NCBI GenBank assembly: GCA_965214935.1
Contig: CBDCCS010000010.1
Location: forward strand, 192,001-256,000
DNA: 64,000 nucleotides
Reading direction: 5' to 3'
DNA from: Candidatus Velthaea sp.
GTDB lineage: Bacteria; Vulcanimicrobiota; Vulcanimicrobiia; Vulcanimicrobiales; Vulcanimicrobiaceae
Shown here: piece by piece, positions 20,143-29,402 of the stretch
Layout of the letters: every line of letters starts with the position of its first letter
Position numbering within the stretch: the stretch's first letter is position 1
Position numbers and translations under genes: made by a program
The notes under the pieces: model-generated
The model's input: only the letters and a program-made list of their open reading frames with translations
What the model was told of the DNA's origin: nothing
Databases searched by the model: none

Positions 20143-20814
20143 TTAGTTTGCTTTGCCCGTCGAAGGCACGAACCGAGCGCGGACGCGAACGAGATTCGGT
20201 GAAATTTGAACGGCGGTGACGTCTTCGCCCGCTGCCGTCGTGGCGACCGGTCGAATCATCGCATCGAGATTGGCCGGCTTGGGCGGTAAGAGAATGCCGA
20301 CGCGTACGGCGTTGACTCGAGCCAAATCGGTTGCAATGCCGCGCAACGTTACGAGCGACGGATCGACTCCGGCCGACTCGACGACGATGCCGCGAGCGTC
20401 GCCGCCGTACGCTATGCCGACCGGCACCGTTCGCTCTTCAAGCCGGTCGAGGCTCAGGGTAACCGAGGCCGGAGTGAGCGACCGGATCTGCAAATCGGGC
20501 GCAATGATTTGCACCGGCACGTTGAAGACGCCGGGATCCGGATTGGCGCCGAGATTCAACACCGCGCCGACTTGGTCGGGCCGGACCGGCGTTGCGTTGC
20601 GCGTCGTATCGATGGTCACCACGGCAAACTTATCGGTGTAATGCGCAACGTAGCCGGGCCGTAGACCGGTAACGACGATCGGCACACTCAACTGCTGATC
20701 GAAACGCGCGCTGATGATCGGACTTGCGGAAAACCGGAAATAGGCCCAAGCAGCAACGGCGAGAACGAAAGCGAATGCTTTAAGTGGGAAGTTTCGGCGA
20801 ACGATCGACAGCAC
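20143..20814 (-). CDS. cdaR: CdaR/YbbR-family regulator of diadenylate cyclase
   Basis: N-terminal TM (NFPLKAFAFVLA), beta-rich YbbR-like repeats, position between cdaA and glmM. Confidence 0.85.
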   Translation of the reverse strand: MLSIVRRNFPLKAFAFVLAVAAWAYFRFSASPIISARFDQQLSVPIVVTGLRPGYVAHYTDKFAVVTIDTTRNATPVRPDQVGAVLNLGANPDPGVFNVPVQIIAPDLQIRSLTPASVTLSLDRLEERTVPVGIAYGGDARGIVVESAGVDPSLVTLRGIATDLARVNAVRVGILLPPKPANLDAMIRPVATTAAGEDVTAVQISPNLVRVRARFVPSTGKAN

Positions 20815-21652
20815 GTGGAATTCGATTGAGCAGATTGGCCAAGAGCGGACTTACCGCCTGGCGCGGGCGTCGCGGCGGACGAACGATGGCGCCGAGCACT
20901 TTGGTCAGCCGCTCCTCGCCGTCGATGCGGACCGACAGACGGCCGGCGCGGGCGACGGAAACTGCACCGGTCTCCTCGGACACGACGACGACCACCGCGT
21001 CGGTTTGCTCGGTAACGCCGATTGCGGCGCGATGTCGCGTCCCGGTATGACGTTCGGCGCTAACTTTATTTTCGGATAGCGGTAAAAAACACGCGGCACC
21101 TTCGATGGTCGTATTGCGAACGATTGCAGCGCCGTCGTGCAGCGGCGACGTCTTGTTGAAGATTGCTACGAGCAACTCGAGAGAAAGCCGGGCGTCGAGT
21201 GCCGTTCCGCTTTCGACGTATTCGCGTAAACCGGTCTGCTGTTCGATAACGATGAGTGCCCCGACGCGCTGTTGCGCAAGCACGAATGCCGCCTGTGCGA
21301 CGACCGTTACTTGACGAGCGGCGATCTCGTCATCGGTCTCACCGGCCGGACGAGAAAAAAGCCGGCCGCGCCCGAGTTGCTCGAGACCGCGCCGTAATTC
21401 GGGCTGGAACACGACGGGTAGCGTCACGGCGGTACCTAAGAGCAGGTACTGCATGACGGTCGCCAGCACGAGCAAGTGGAACACATTCGACAGCGCTAAA
21501 ATAACGACGAGCACGAAGAGCCCGAGCATGATTTGAACCGCCCGCGTGCCACGAATGAGGAGCAACAAGTAATACGCCAGGACCGACGTCGCGAGAATAT
21601 CGGCCGCATCGCTGATACCGAACGGAATCGACGTCAAGCCGGCGGGGATCAC
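20780..21652 (-). CDS. cdaA: diadenylate cyclase
   Basis: three TMs, FQPELRR, PLHDGA, GTRHRAA, VSEETG. Confidence 0.95.
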   Translation of the reverse strand: MIPAGLTSIPFGISDAADILATSVLAYYLLLLIRGTRAVQIMLGLFVLVVILALSNVFHLLVLATVMQYLLLGTAVTLPVVFQPELRRGLEQLGRGRLFSRPAGETDDEIAARQVTVVAQAAFVLAQQRVGALIVIEQQTGLREYVESGTALDARLSLELLVAIFNKTSPLHDGAAIVRNTTIEGAACFLPLSENKVSAERHTGTRHRAAIGVTEQTDAVVVVVSEETGAVSVARAGRLSVRIDGEERLTKVLGAIVRPPRRPRQAVSPLLANLLNRIPRAVDRSPKLPT

Positions 21653-21906
21653 GGCAGATACGTTTCGATAACATGCGCGGCGCTTAGTGCCGGTTCAGCC
21701 AAACCGCGCGCCGCAATCGAAACCAGTTCGGCATCGTCGAGCGGCGCTGCGGCTTGCGGAACGAACGACCGGGAGACCGCGATCAGCAAGTCGATCAACC
21801 GGCTCGCGGTGCGTTCATCATCGAACGTAATGCAAACGGTCGTACCGCGTTGCAAGCAAGAAACGACGCCCGCCGGCGCACCACGGCCGCCGAGGGTCTC
21901 CATCAT
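21649..21906 (-). CDS. hypothetical protein
   Basis: GTGA overlap with the cdaA start; alternative start at 21957. Confidence 0.55.
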   Translation of the reverse strand: MMETLGGRGAPAGVVSCLQRGTTVCITFDDERTASRLIDLLIAVSRSFVPQAAAPLDDAELVSIAARGLAEPALSAAHVIETYLP

Positions 21907-21981
21907 GTTAGCGCGCGCGGATGCTTCGGCGACAACGACGGTTCGGACGGTAATCACGGTTTACGCGACGTTCGCAACGGA

Positions 21982-22869
21982 GTGAGTGAAGTCCGCCGGG
22001 CTCGCGTCATCGCCGTCGGACGCAACGCTGCTTGGGTTGTTTTCAGCGATGAGATCGAGCCGCGTTTAGTTAATTTTCGCAAGAAAGCACGTCATCCGAT
22101 GGTCGTACCCGGCGACATGATCGAAGCGGCGCCCGACCTTGAAGCGGACCACATCGTCATCGATGCGGTCGTCCCGCGTACGTTTGCACTCGAACGGCGA
22201 ACGTCGGGCGGACGGCTCAAGACGATGGCCGCCAACATCAACACGCTCGCCATCGTTGCTGCGTTGATCGATCCGCCGCTGCGGCTATCGCTCATTGACC
22301 GGCTCGTTGCATTTGCCGTTTTGCATGGCCTCGAGCCGGTGCTGCTACTGACGAAAGCCGACTTAGCCGGTGAAACTTTCGCTCGGCAGATCGCCGGCAT
22401 CTACGTTGCCATCGGCGTACCGGTGCTTCTCCTCGTGCCCAAAGCCGGTCGCGGCATCGCCGATCTGCAGGCGCTCGTTGCGGCTCGCGCCGTGATGCTC
22501 ATCGGTCAGTCGGGCGTCGGCAAAAGCTCGATCTTCCGTGCCCTCGGCGGGAGCGGGATCGTCGGCGATCTGACCCGGTTCGGTCGCGGACGCCAAACGA
22601 CAACGTCGGCGCGGCTGTTTCGAATGGGTGACGGCTTCCTCATCGACAGCCCCGGTATCGGCGAATTCACGCTCGAAGCGTTGCCGGCGATCGAGTTGGC
22701 CGCGCTGTTCGTCGAGATGCGCGAACCGGGGCGGACGTGCCGCTTTTCCGATTGCGCGCATTTGTGCGAGCCGGGCTGCAACATCCGAGCCGCAGTAGCC
22801 GCCGGAACGATCGCGCCCAGCCGCTACGCCAGCTACCGCGAAATTCTTAGCGGTGAATCGCCCGCTTAG
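21982..22869 (+). CDS. rsgA: ribosome small subunit-dependent GTPase A
   Basis: TKAD, GQSGVGKS, GRQTT, DSPG, and the CRFSDCAHLCEPGC Zn site. Confidence 0.93.
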   Translation: MSEVRRARVIAVGRNAAWVVFSDEIEPRLVNFRKKARHPMVVPGDMIEAAPDLEADHIVIDAVVPRTFALERRTSGGRLKTMAANINTLAIVAALIDPPLRLSLIDRLVAFAVLHGLEPVLLLTKADLAGETFARQIAGIYVAIGVPVLLLVPKAGRGIADLQALVAARAVMLIGQSGVGKSSIFRALGGSGIVGDLTRFGRGRQTTTSARLFRMGDGFLIDSPGIGEFTLEALPAIELAALFVEMREPGRTCRFSDCAHLCEPGCNIRAAVAAGTIAPSRYASYREILSGESPA

Positions 22870-23004
22870 CATCAAGGGCATGCCGCGCTCGCTCGATCCG
22901 GATGGAGCCGGTATGCTACATTACGTGGGGGCCATATTTTGGGTAAGCTAGCCGGGAAAAGCGCTCCGTTACACGAGCGTTGCAAATTATTTTGTGGAGG
23001 ATTT

Positions 23005-23523
23005 ATGAAAATACGTTCGTTCAACCGGTTTGCGCTCTGCGCGGCGCTTGTCATTGCACTCGTAAGCGGCTTCGCCCGGCCGTCGAATGCGTTTCTCGAT
23101 AAGACGCGCTTCGCCGCTCATCTCGGCGTTGCATATTTTTGCTTCCATCATTGGGTTCTCGGGCCGGTACAGCACGGCGCTTTCGCCAACGGCGCGCCGC
23201 ATCGAACCGCATCGATCGTCAAAGGCGGCGCCGCATTGCTTTTTGCCGTGCATGAAGTCAAAGTGTCCGAGAAGATTGCCCGCAACAGCAATAGTCCGAT
23301 CCTGCACAAGCTCGACGGCAAACTCGTCGGCTTAGCTGCGACGTTCGCCGCGGTCGGCACCAGCCTCAAAGCGGGCCATTTCGACCCCAATGACGTTAAA
23401 GGCCTTGGTTCTTCAGCGGACTCGGTGAGTTCGGACGCAGCGGCCGCCGGCCAGCCGATCAAAGACGTCCCGATCCCCGATGTCGGCAGTCCGAGCGCCG
23501 ACACCGACGATTCATCAAAGTAA
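23005..23523 (+). CDS. secreted hypothetical protein
   Basis: GGAGG RBS, signal peptide, 172 aa. Confidence 0.75.
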   Translation: MKIRSFNRFALCAALVIALVSGFARPSNAFLDKTRFAAHLGVAYFCFHHWVLGPVQHGAFANGAPHRTASIVKGGAALLFAVHEVKVSEKIARNSNSPILHKLDGKLVGLAATFAAVGTSLKAGHFDPNDVKGLGSSADSVSSDAAAAGQPIKDVPIPDVGSPSADTDDSSK

Positions 23524-23639
23524 GACCGTCGCGCGCGCGGTCGTCCGGCTGGCGCACCGCGCGCATCTGTGGTAGTCTGAGCTTTGTGCCCCGCGGCGGA
23601 ACGCCCGGGTAGCGACCTCGACCGCCACGGAGCCTAGCC

Positions 23640-23945
23640 TTGCCGAATATCAAAGCCGCAATAAAGTGGACGCTGCAGACGCAAAAGCGGACGAAGCGAA
23701 ATCTGGATGTGAAAACTCGCCTCAAGACGCTGTTCAAAAAGGCGAAAGCCGGAACGGCCGAGGCATCTTCAGTCGAATCGCAGTTCGACAAAGCCGCGCA
23801 AAAAGGCATCATTCATCCGAATAAAGCCGCGCGTAAGAAATCACGTTTAGTCAAAGCCGTGCGCGTTGCGGCTGCCGCTACCGCCGCTGCGGCTGCTGCA
23901 CCGCCGAAAGCGGCGCGTGCCAAGGGCAGCGCAAAGAAAAAGTAG
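23640..23945 (+). CDS. rpsT: 30S ribosomal protein S20
   Basis: PNIKAAIK, DKAAQKGIIHPNKAARKKSRL. Confidence 0.95.
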   Translation: MPNIKAAIKWTLQTQKRTKRNLDVKTRLKTLFKKAKAGTAEASSVESQFDKAAQKGIIHPNKAARKKSRLVKAVRVAAAATAAAAAAPPKAARAKGSAKKK

Positions 23946-23985
23946 CGCCGGCCGGTGCGCCGCACCGGTCTGCTCGCCGGGCCGT

Positions 23986-26376
23986 TCACGGATCGACGTT
24001 GATGACGATCCGGGTCTCCCGTTGCGTTTGCGCCGGAGCGATGACGTTCGCGCGCAGCGCCGCCGCGAGCGCCGGCTTATCGCGCGTTTTAATCGCAAGC
24101 CGGTAGCGCCACTCGTCGTTGAGCCGGGCGACGGGATAGGGCGCCGGACCGAGAACAGTCCACCGTTCGTCACCGCCAAGCGCCGCGGCATACGTGTCGA
24201 TCGCGCACTGCACCGCCGCCTCGTTCCGGCCGATGACCCCGAGATAGACCAATTGCGTGTACGGCGGCCACTGGGACGCACGCCGGTCGCGTAATTCGGC
24301 GGCGGCAAAACCGTCGTAGTCGTGGGCCGCGGCAAAGCGGATCGCCGGATGCCCGGGGCTGTACGTTTGAATGAACGCCTCGCCCGCCCGTGCCCGGCCG
24401 CTGCGCCCGCACACTTGCGCGATGAGGCTAAAGGTTCGCTCGGCGGCACGAAAGTCGGCGACGTGCAAATCAAGATCGGCGGCAATTGCACCGACGAGCG
24501 TAACGCTGGGAAAATCGAGTCCTTTGGCAACCATCTGCGTTCCGACGAGAACGTCGCCGGCCGCGGCGAACCGATCGAGCAGCCGCGCGTGATCGCCCGT
24601 ACGCGTCGTCGTGTCGGAATCCATGCGCACGATAACGGCGGCCGGATAGAGCGATTCGAGTTCTTGCACGACGCGTTGCGTGCCGACGCCGAACTCGCGA
24701 ATCGGGCCGTTGCCGCAGTTCGTGCAGCGCTCGGGCAACGCGCGCTGTGCATCGCAATAATGACAACGCAGCACGGCGTGGGCGTGATGCGCGGTTAGCG
24801 AGACCGAACAGCGGGCACATTGCGGCACGTGACCGCACGCGCGGCACAGCACGAAACGCGCACTGCCTCGCCGGTTGACGAACAGTACCGTCTTCTCGCC
24901 GCGTTGTAGCCGCGCGCCCAGCGCTTCGAGCAGCGCCGTGCTGAAGATGCGCCGATTACCGGCGTCGAATTCGGCGCTCATGTCGATGATGCGCGTTGCC
25001 GGCAACGGCTGTCCGGTGGCGCGCTCCGACATGCGCACGAGCTGAAAACGGCCGGCGCGGGCACGCGCGTAATCTTCGAGCGCCGGTGTCGCACTGCCGA
25101 GGACGACGGCGCCGCCGGCCCGGCGCATGCGCTCGCGTGCAACGTCGACGGCATTGTAACGCGGCACGGAATCTTGTTTGTATGACGATTCGTGCGCTTC
25201 GTCAACGACGATGAGACGGACGTCCGGTAAGGGCGCGAAGACGGCGCTGCGCGCGCCGACGATAACGGCAATTTCCCCCCGCGCCGCGGCCTGCCAAACA
25301 TCGAAGCGTTCGCGGTCGGACAATGCGGAATGTAAGATCGCGACGCGCTCTCCGAAGGCGTCGGTGAATCGGCGCGCCGTTTGCGGGGTGAGTGCGATTT
25401 CCGGCACGAGGACGATCGCGCGTCCGCCGGCTGCGATGACATGCGCGATGGCCGCGAGATAGACGTACGTTTTGCCGCTGCCGGTGACGCCGTGCACGAG
25501 CACTTGACCGAACGCGGCGGCCGCGACAAGTTCATCGATGGCCGCGATGGCCGCGAGCTGTTCGGCGGTCGGCGTAACGTCGGGCAGCGTCGTACGCGCA
25601 CTGCGTTCGGCATGCACCACGCGTTGCGTTTCAATCAGCGCGCCGGCACCGCTCAGGCGCCGGATCATCGCGTCGGAGAACCCTGCCAGCAGCGCTTCGC
25701 TGCGGCGCACCTCCCCGCGTTCGCGCACGAAAGCCACGAGTGCGGCGGCTTTTTTTCCAGCAATAGGGACATCCGCCGCGGCTAAGAAGCGGGTCGATCG
25801 ATCGGTCAGACGGGCAAACTCGAACGTTCGGCGGCGCTCGATTGCCGCACCGCCGGTCAGCGTTCGCAAGTAGCCCAAGACGATCGCCCGGTCGCCGATG
25901 CGGCGCACTTCGGGATGCCGTACGAAGGCTTCAAGCGTGAAACCTTGGTGCAAGTCGTCCCAAATGAAAGCGATGAGCCGCGCCGGGACGCGACTGAAGC
26001 GTTCGGCCGGTGGACGCCGTTCGATCGGATAGAAGCGGTCGATCGCACGCGGCAAGGCCGCGTTGAGCGTCAAAGCGCTCAAGGCTGCACCGAGCGAGCA
26101 AAGATAGGTCTGCGCGATCCAGCCGGCAAGTTCGAGACCGGCTACATCGAAGGCGCGCGGTGCCTGCGTAAGCGCTGCGATCTCGCGTAAAGCCGGCGCC
26201 GACTCGCTAAGCGGGCGCGGCTCGGAGACGACGAAACCGAACACTTCGCGCGGTCCGAGCGGAACCCGAACGGTATCGCCGAGTGTGACGTCGAGTGCCG
26301 CGGGGATGAGATATGTAAGCGGGCGATCGAAGCGGGCGGTTTTCATCTGCGCGAGGACGTCGACAACGCGGATCAG
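23986..26376 (-). CDS. priA: primosomal protein N'
   Basis: GVTGSGKT, DEAH, GSATP, four CxxC, GTQMVAKGLDFP; probable CTG start at 26376 (ATG alternative at 26346). Confidence 0.95.
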   Translation of the reverse strand: MIRVVDVLAQMKTARFDRPLTYLIPAALDVTLGDTVRVPLGPREVFGFVVSEPRPLSESAPALREIAALTQAPRAFDVAGLELAGWIAQTYLCSLGAALSALTLNAALPRAIDRFYPIERRPPAERFSRVPARLIAFIWDDLHQGFTLEAFVRHPEVRRIGDRAIVLGYLRTLTGGAAIERRRTFEFARLTDRSTRFLAAADVPIAGKKAAALVAFVRERGEVRRSEALLAGFSDAMIRRLSGAGALIETQRVVHAERSARTTLPDVTPTAEQLAAIAAIDELVAAAAFGQVLVHGVTGSGKTYVYLAAIAHVIAAGGRAIVLVPEIALTPQTARRFTDAFGERVAILHSALSDRERFDVWQAAARGEIAVIVGARSAVFAPLPDVRLIVVDEAHESSYKQDSVPRYNAVDVARERMRRAGGAVVLGSATPALEDYARARAGRFQLVRMSERATGQPLPATRIIDMSAEFDAGNRRIFSTALLEALGARLQRGEKTVLFVNRRGSARFVLCRACGHVPQCARCSVSLTAHHAHAVLRCHYCDAQRALPERCTNCGNGPIREFGVGTQRVVQELESLYPAAVIVRMDSDTTTRTGDHARLLDRFAAAGDVLVGTQMVAKGLDFPSVTLVGAIAADLDLHVADFRAAERTFSLIAQVCGRSGRARAGEAFIQTYSPGHPAIRFAAAHDYDGFAAAELRDRRASQWPPYTQLVYLGVIGRNEAAVQCAIDTYAAALGGDERWTVLGPAPYPVARLNDEWRYRLAIKTRDKPALAAALRANVIAPAQTQRETRIVINVDP

Positions 26377-27323
26377 CGAAATTCGGCCGACCCCGGCGTC
26401 GTAGTCAGCCGTGCGATCGAACGGCGCAGCATCGGGCGCGGCACGGCGATGTTCGCTTCAACATCACCGATGGCGTGCGGTAACGTGAACCGCGTCTGGG
26501 CGGGAATTTTTGCGAGCACCGCATCGGCCTCGATGCGCTCGTCATGCAATGAAAAGCCCAGCAACGCGAGAACCGCAAGCACGCGTAAGTGATCGCGTTC
26601 GCCGAAGTCCGCGACGCGCCGGGCCGTCAAGCACGCCGCGCGGATGCCGAGCGCAAGCGCGACTTGCGGCGCAACGCTATGCGTTGCGGCAAGTGCGTGC
26701 GCAAACGGCAAACCCAGATCGAGCACGCGCCGCTCGTCTCCGGCGTGCATGCGATCGACGCGAAGTGCATCGTCGATCACCGATTCCCACGGCCATTTGC
26801 GCAACGGATGCGGCGATAACGTTTCAAGTCCGTCAAAAAAATCGTGGCCTTCGATGAACGCATCGCGGACGAGCGTGCCGAGTCCGTCGCGCGTGCTGCG
26901 CGGCACCGAGTCGTAGTCAACGTTTAAAGCGAACGGCGGCACGGCAAGCGCAGTCGAACCGCGGCGGGCAATCGGATCGACACCGCGATCGATCGCGGCG
27001 CCCAGCGTCGTCGCCACGAGCATCGTACGTAAGCCCCCGGCATATAAGGCTCCGGCCAGTCGAGCAGCGTCGAGCATCGGCCCGGCGCCGCACGCAACAA
27101 CGATCGTTCCCGGGCCCGCACCGCGTCGCTTGAGCACGGCATGCATCGCATCAACGACCGCGAGCGTCGTTCCGCGTGGATCGACGACGGACACGCCCAA
27201 AGCGCCCGGCTGGCGAGCGAAGCGCCGGCCCATACTCGCCGCGCCCGGATCGCAAAACGTGATAAATCGCCCGTTGCCGGCCTCGCGCGCCAGTCGTGCG
27301 AGTTCCGGGGCGTTCGAGGTCAT
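26373..27323 (-). CDS. divergent 3-dehydroquinate synthase-like protein
   Basis: ACGAGPMLD, VATTL..ID, ERRVLDLG...AHALA and RFTLPHAIG occur in AroB motif order, but catalytic residues are altered. Confidence 0.65.
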   Translation of the reverse strand: MTSNAPELARLAREAGNGRFITFCDPGAASMGRRFARQPGALGVSVVDPRGTTLAVVDAMHAVLKRRGAGPGTIVVACGAGPMLDAARLAGALYAGGLRTMLVATTLGAAIDRGVDPIARRGSTALAVPPFALNVDYDSVPRSTRDGLGTLVRDAFIEGHDFFDGLETLSPHPLRKWPWESVIDDALRVDRMHAGDERRVLDLGLPFAHALAATHSVAPQVALALGIRAACLTARRVADFGERDHLRVLAVLALLGFSLHDERIEADAVLAKIPAQTRFTLPHAIGDVEANIAVPRPMLRRSIARLTTTPGSAEFR

Positions 27324-27453
27324 TGCAGGCAGCCCGGAACGTCGCGTGTTGCAATTGGAAAGGCCGCGCCGGCGCGAGGAATCATCCGCACTGCTTCGCG
27401 TTAATACGCGCGCATCATTGGCGCCCGTTTCAAAGCAGCCGCGAGTGCGGCGC

Positions 27454-28410
27454 TCAGTCTTCGTTGCGCTGGCGTCCGTACAGCAGCAACGCGACGAGGA
27501 TGACCACGCCGGACGCGATGCTGCGGCCGGCCTCGCCGATGCTGTACTCCTGTAACACCGAACGTAACACGATGAGAAAAATCGCTCCGGCAACGCTGCC
27601 CCAATAATTGCCGCGGCCACCCAGAATCGAGGCTCCGCCGATAACGACTGCGGCGATACTGTCGAAGAGGAACGGGTCGCCCATGCCGAGCGTCGCTTGT
27701 TGGCCGAACGCCGCCAGACCGAAACCGGCGACCCCGGCAAAGAATCCGCTCAGCGCGTACACGATGACGGTAACGGCGCGTGTGTCGACGCCCGAAAGAT
27801 ACGCCGCAAGCGCATTGTTGCCCAACGCATAAATCCGGCGGCCGAGCAGCGTCAAACTCAAAATAACGCCGACCCCGACGGCAATGAGCGCCCACACCAG
27901 CAGGCCGTTCGCGACGCCCGGCACGAGTTGCGCGGTGAATGCCGCGACGACGGCCGGCGGGGCATACGAATTGCAGGCCGCGCAAGTGAATCCGCCGGTA
28001 AAGCCCAGCACCAGCCCTTCCATGATTCCGTTCATCGCCAGCGTCATGACGACGGGTGGAATATCGAAGAGCACGATGCCCAGGCCGTTGACGGCGCCCG
28101 CGCCGGCGCCGGCGGCAAGTGCAAGCGGGACCGCCCACCAGGCGCGGACGTTCTGGCCCAGCGACATCGTCGTGAGCAGGATTGCAATCGCGTTGAGCAC
28201 CCACGGCACCGATAGATCGATTCCGCCGATGAGCACGACGAAGGTTTGGCCGGCAGCCGCAATCCCGATGAACGACGCCAGCAGCAGCAGCGTCGCCAGA
28301 TTTCCCGGCTCGATGAAGCTCGGCCGATAAATGCCGCCGACGATCACGAGCGCAATTGCCGCCGCAAACGCAAAGAGCGTGCCGCGTTCGGCGCGTAACG
28401 TTGCGATCAT
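27454..28410 (-). CDS. sugar ABC transporter permease
   Basis: GGIDLSV, SIAAVVIGG. Confidence 0.9.
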   Translation of the reverse strand: MIATLRAERGTLFAFAAAIALVIVGGIYRPSFIEPGNLATLLLLASFIGIAAAGQTFVVLIGGIDLSVPWVLNAIAILLTTMSLGQNVRAWWAVPLALAAGAGAGAVNGLGIVLFDIPPVVMTLAMNGIMEGLVLGFTGGFTCAACNSYAPPAVVAAFTAQLVPGVANGLLVWALIAVGVGVILSLTLLGRRIYALGNNALAAYLSGVDTRAVTVIVYALSGFFAGVAGFGLAAFGQQATLGMGDPFLFDSIAAVVIGGASILGGRGNYWGSVAGAIFLIVLRSVLQEYSIGEAGRSIASGVVILVALLLYGRQRNED

Positions 28411-29402
28411 CTTGCGCGCTGCAGCGAGCGGCGCACGAGCGTGCTCGCGACGACGGCCAGAATCAGAAAGACGCCTTGGAAGAACTCTTGCAGTTGCGTA
28501 TTGACGCCGGCGAAGAACAGCACGTTGAGCAGCAGCGTGAGGATGAAGGCACCGGCCAAGCTTCCGACGGCGCTTCCGCGGCCACCGAAAAGGCTCACGC
28601 CGCCGAGCACCACCGCCGCAATCGACGTCAGCGTGAACGGCGTCCCGCTGGTGGCATCACCCGAGGTATTCGCCGCGGCGAAATACAAGCCGGCGGCGCC
28701 GGCGCACAGTCCTGCAAGCGTGTACGCGCCGAGTTTTGCGCGCGCCACGGACAGACCGTTTGCGCGCGCGGCACGCTCGTCGTTACCGACGGCGTACACG
28801 GCGTTGAGGAACCGGGTCCGGCGCAAAAGCGGCCAGGCGGCGCAGAGCAGCACGACGATGAGCGCGCTATTCGGCAGCCAGCTCAAAAACGGCAACGTGC
28901 CGGCCAGCAGCGCGGTGAGGACCGGTGGAATCGTGCCGCCTTGCTGCGGCAGAACCAGCAGCGCGACACCTTCCCAAATTGCGAGCGTTGCGAGCGTCAC
29001 GATGATCGGTTGCAATCGTCCGTAGACGACGAGTGCGCCGTTGACGAATCCGGCAAACGCGCCGACGGCGAGCACGAGTAGGGAAACGCCGGCGATCGAA
29101 AGCGGACTATCGCTCATGTAGCGCGCCGCAACGCTGTTGGTGACGTCGACGATCCCGCCCACCGAGAGATCGATGCCGCCGGTCAGCACGACGAAGGTTT
29201 GACCGATGGCCGCGAGGCCGACGCTAAGCGTATTGTTGACCGTGGTGAGCAACTCGAAGCTGCCCGGCAACCGGCTTTGCTTGAGCGTGAAGAGCACGAT
29301 GTACAGCACGACCATCGCGATGAACGTTCCGAGACTGAGCAGCAGCGGGACGTTCTGCAGCGCGAAGTAGCGCAGCCGGCGCCGGGCGGGCGTGCCGATC
29401 AC
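28407..29402 (-). CDS. sugar ABC transporter permease
   Basis: GGIDLSVG, QPIIVTLA, SIAAVVLGG. Confidence 0.9.
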   Translation of the reverse strand: MIGTPARRRLRYFALQNVPLLLSLGTFIAMVVLYIVLFTLKQSRLPGSFELLTTVNNTLSVGLAAIGQTFVVLTGGIDLSVGGIVDVTNSVAARYMSDSPLSIAGVSLLVLAVGAFAGFVNGALVVYGRLQPIIVTLATLAIWEGVALLVLPQQGGTIPPVLTALLAGTLPFLSWLPNSALIVVLLCAAWPLLRRTRFLNAVYAVGNDERAARANGLSVARAKLGAYTLAGLCAGAAGLYFAAANTSGDATSGTPFTLTSIAAVVLGGVSLFGGRGSAVGSLAGAFILTLLLNVLFFAGVNTQLQEFFQGVFLILAVVASTLVRRSLQRAR

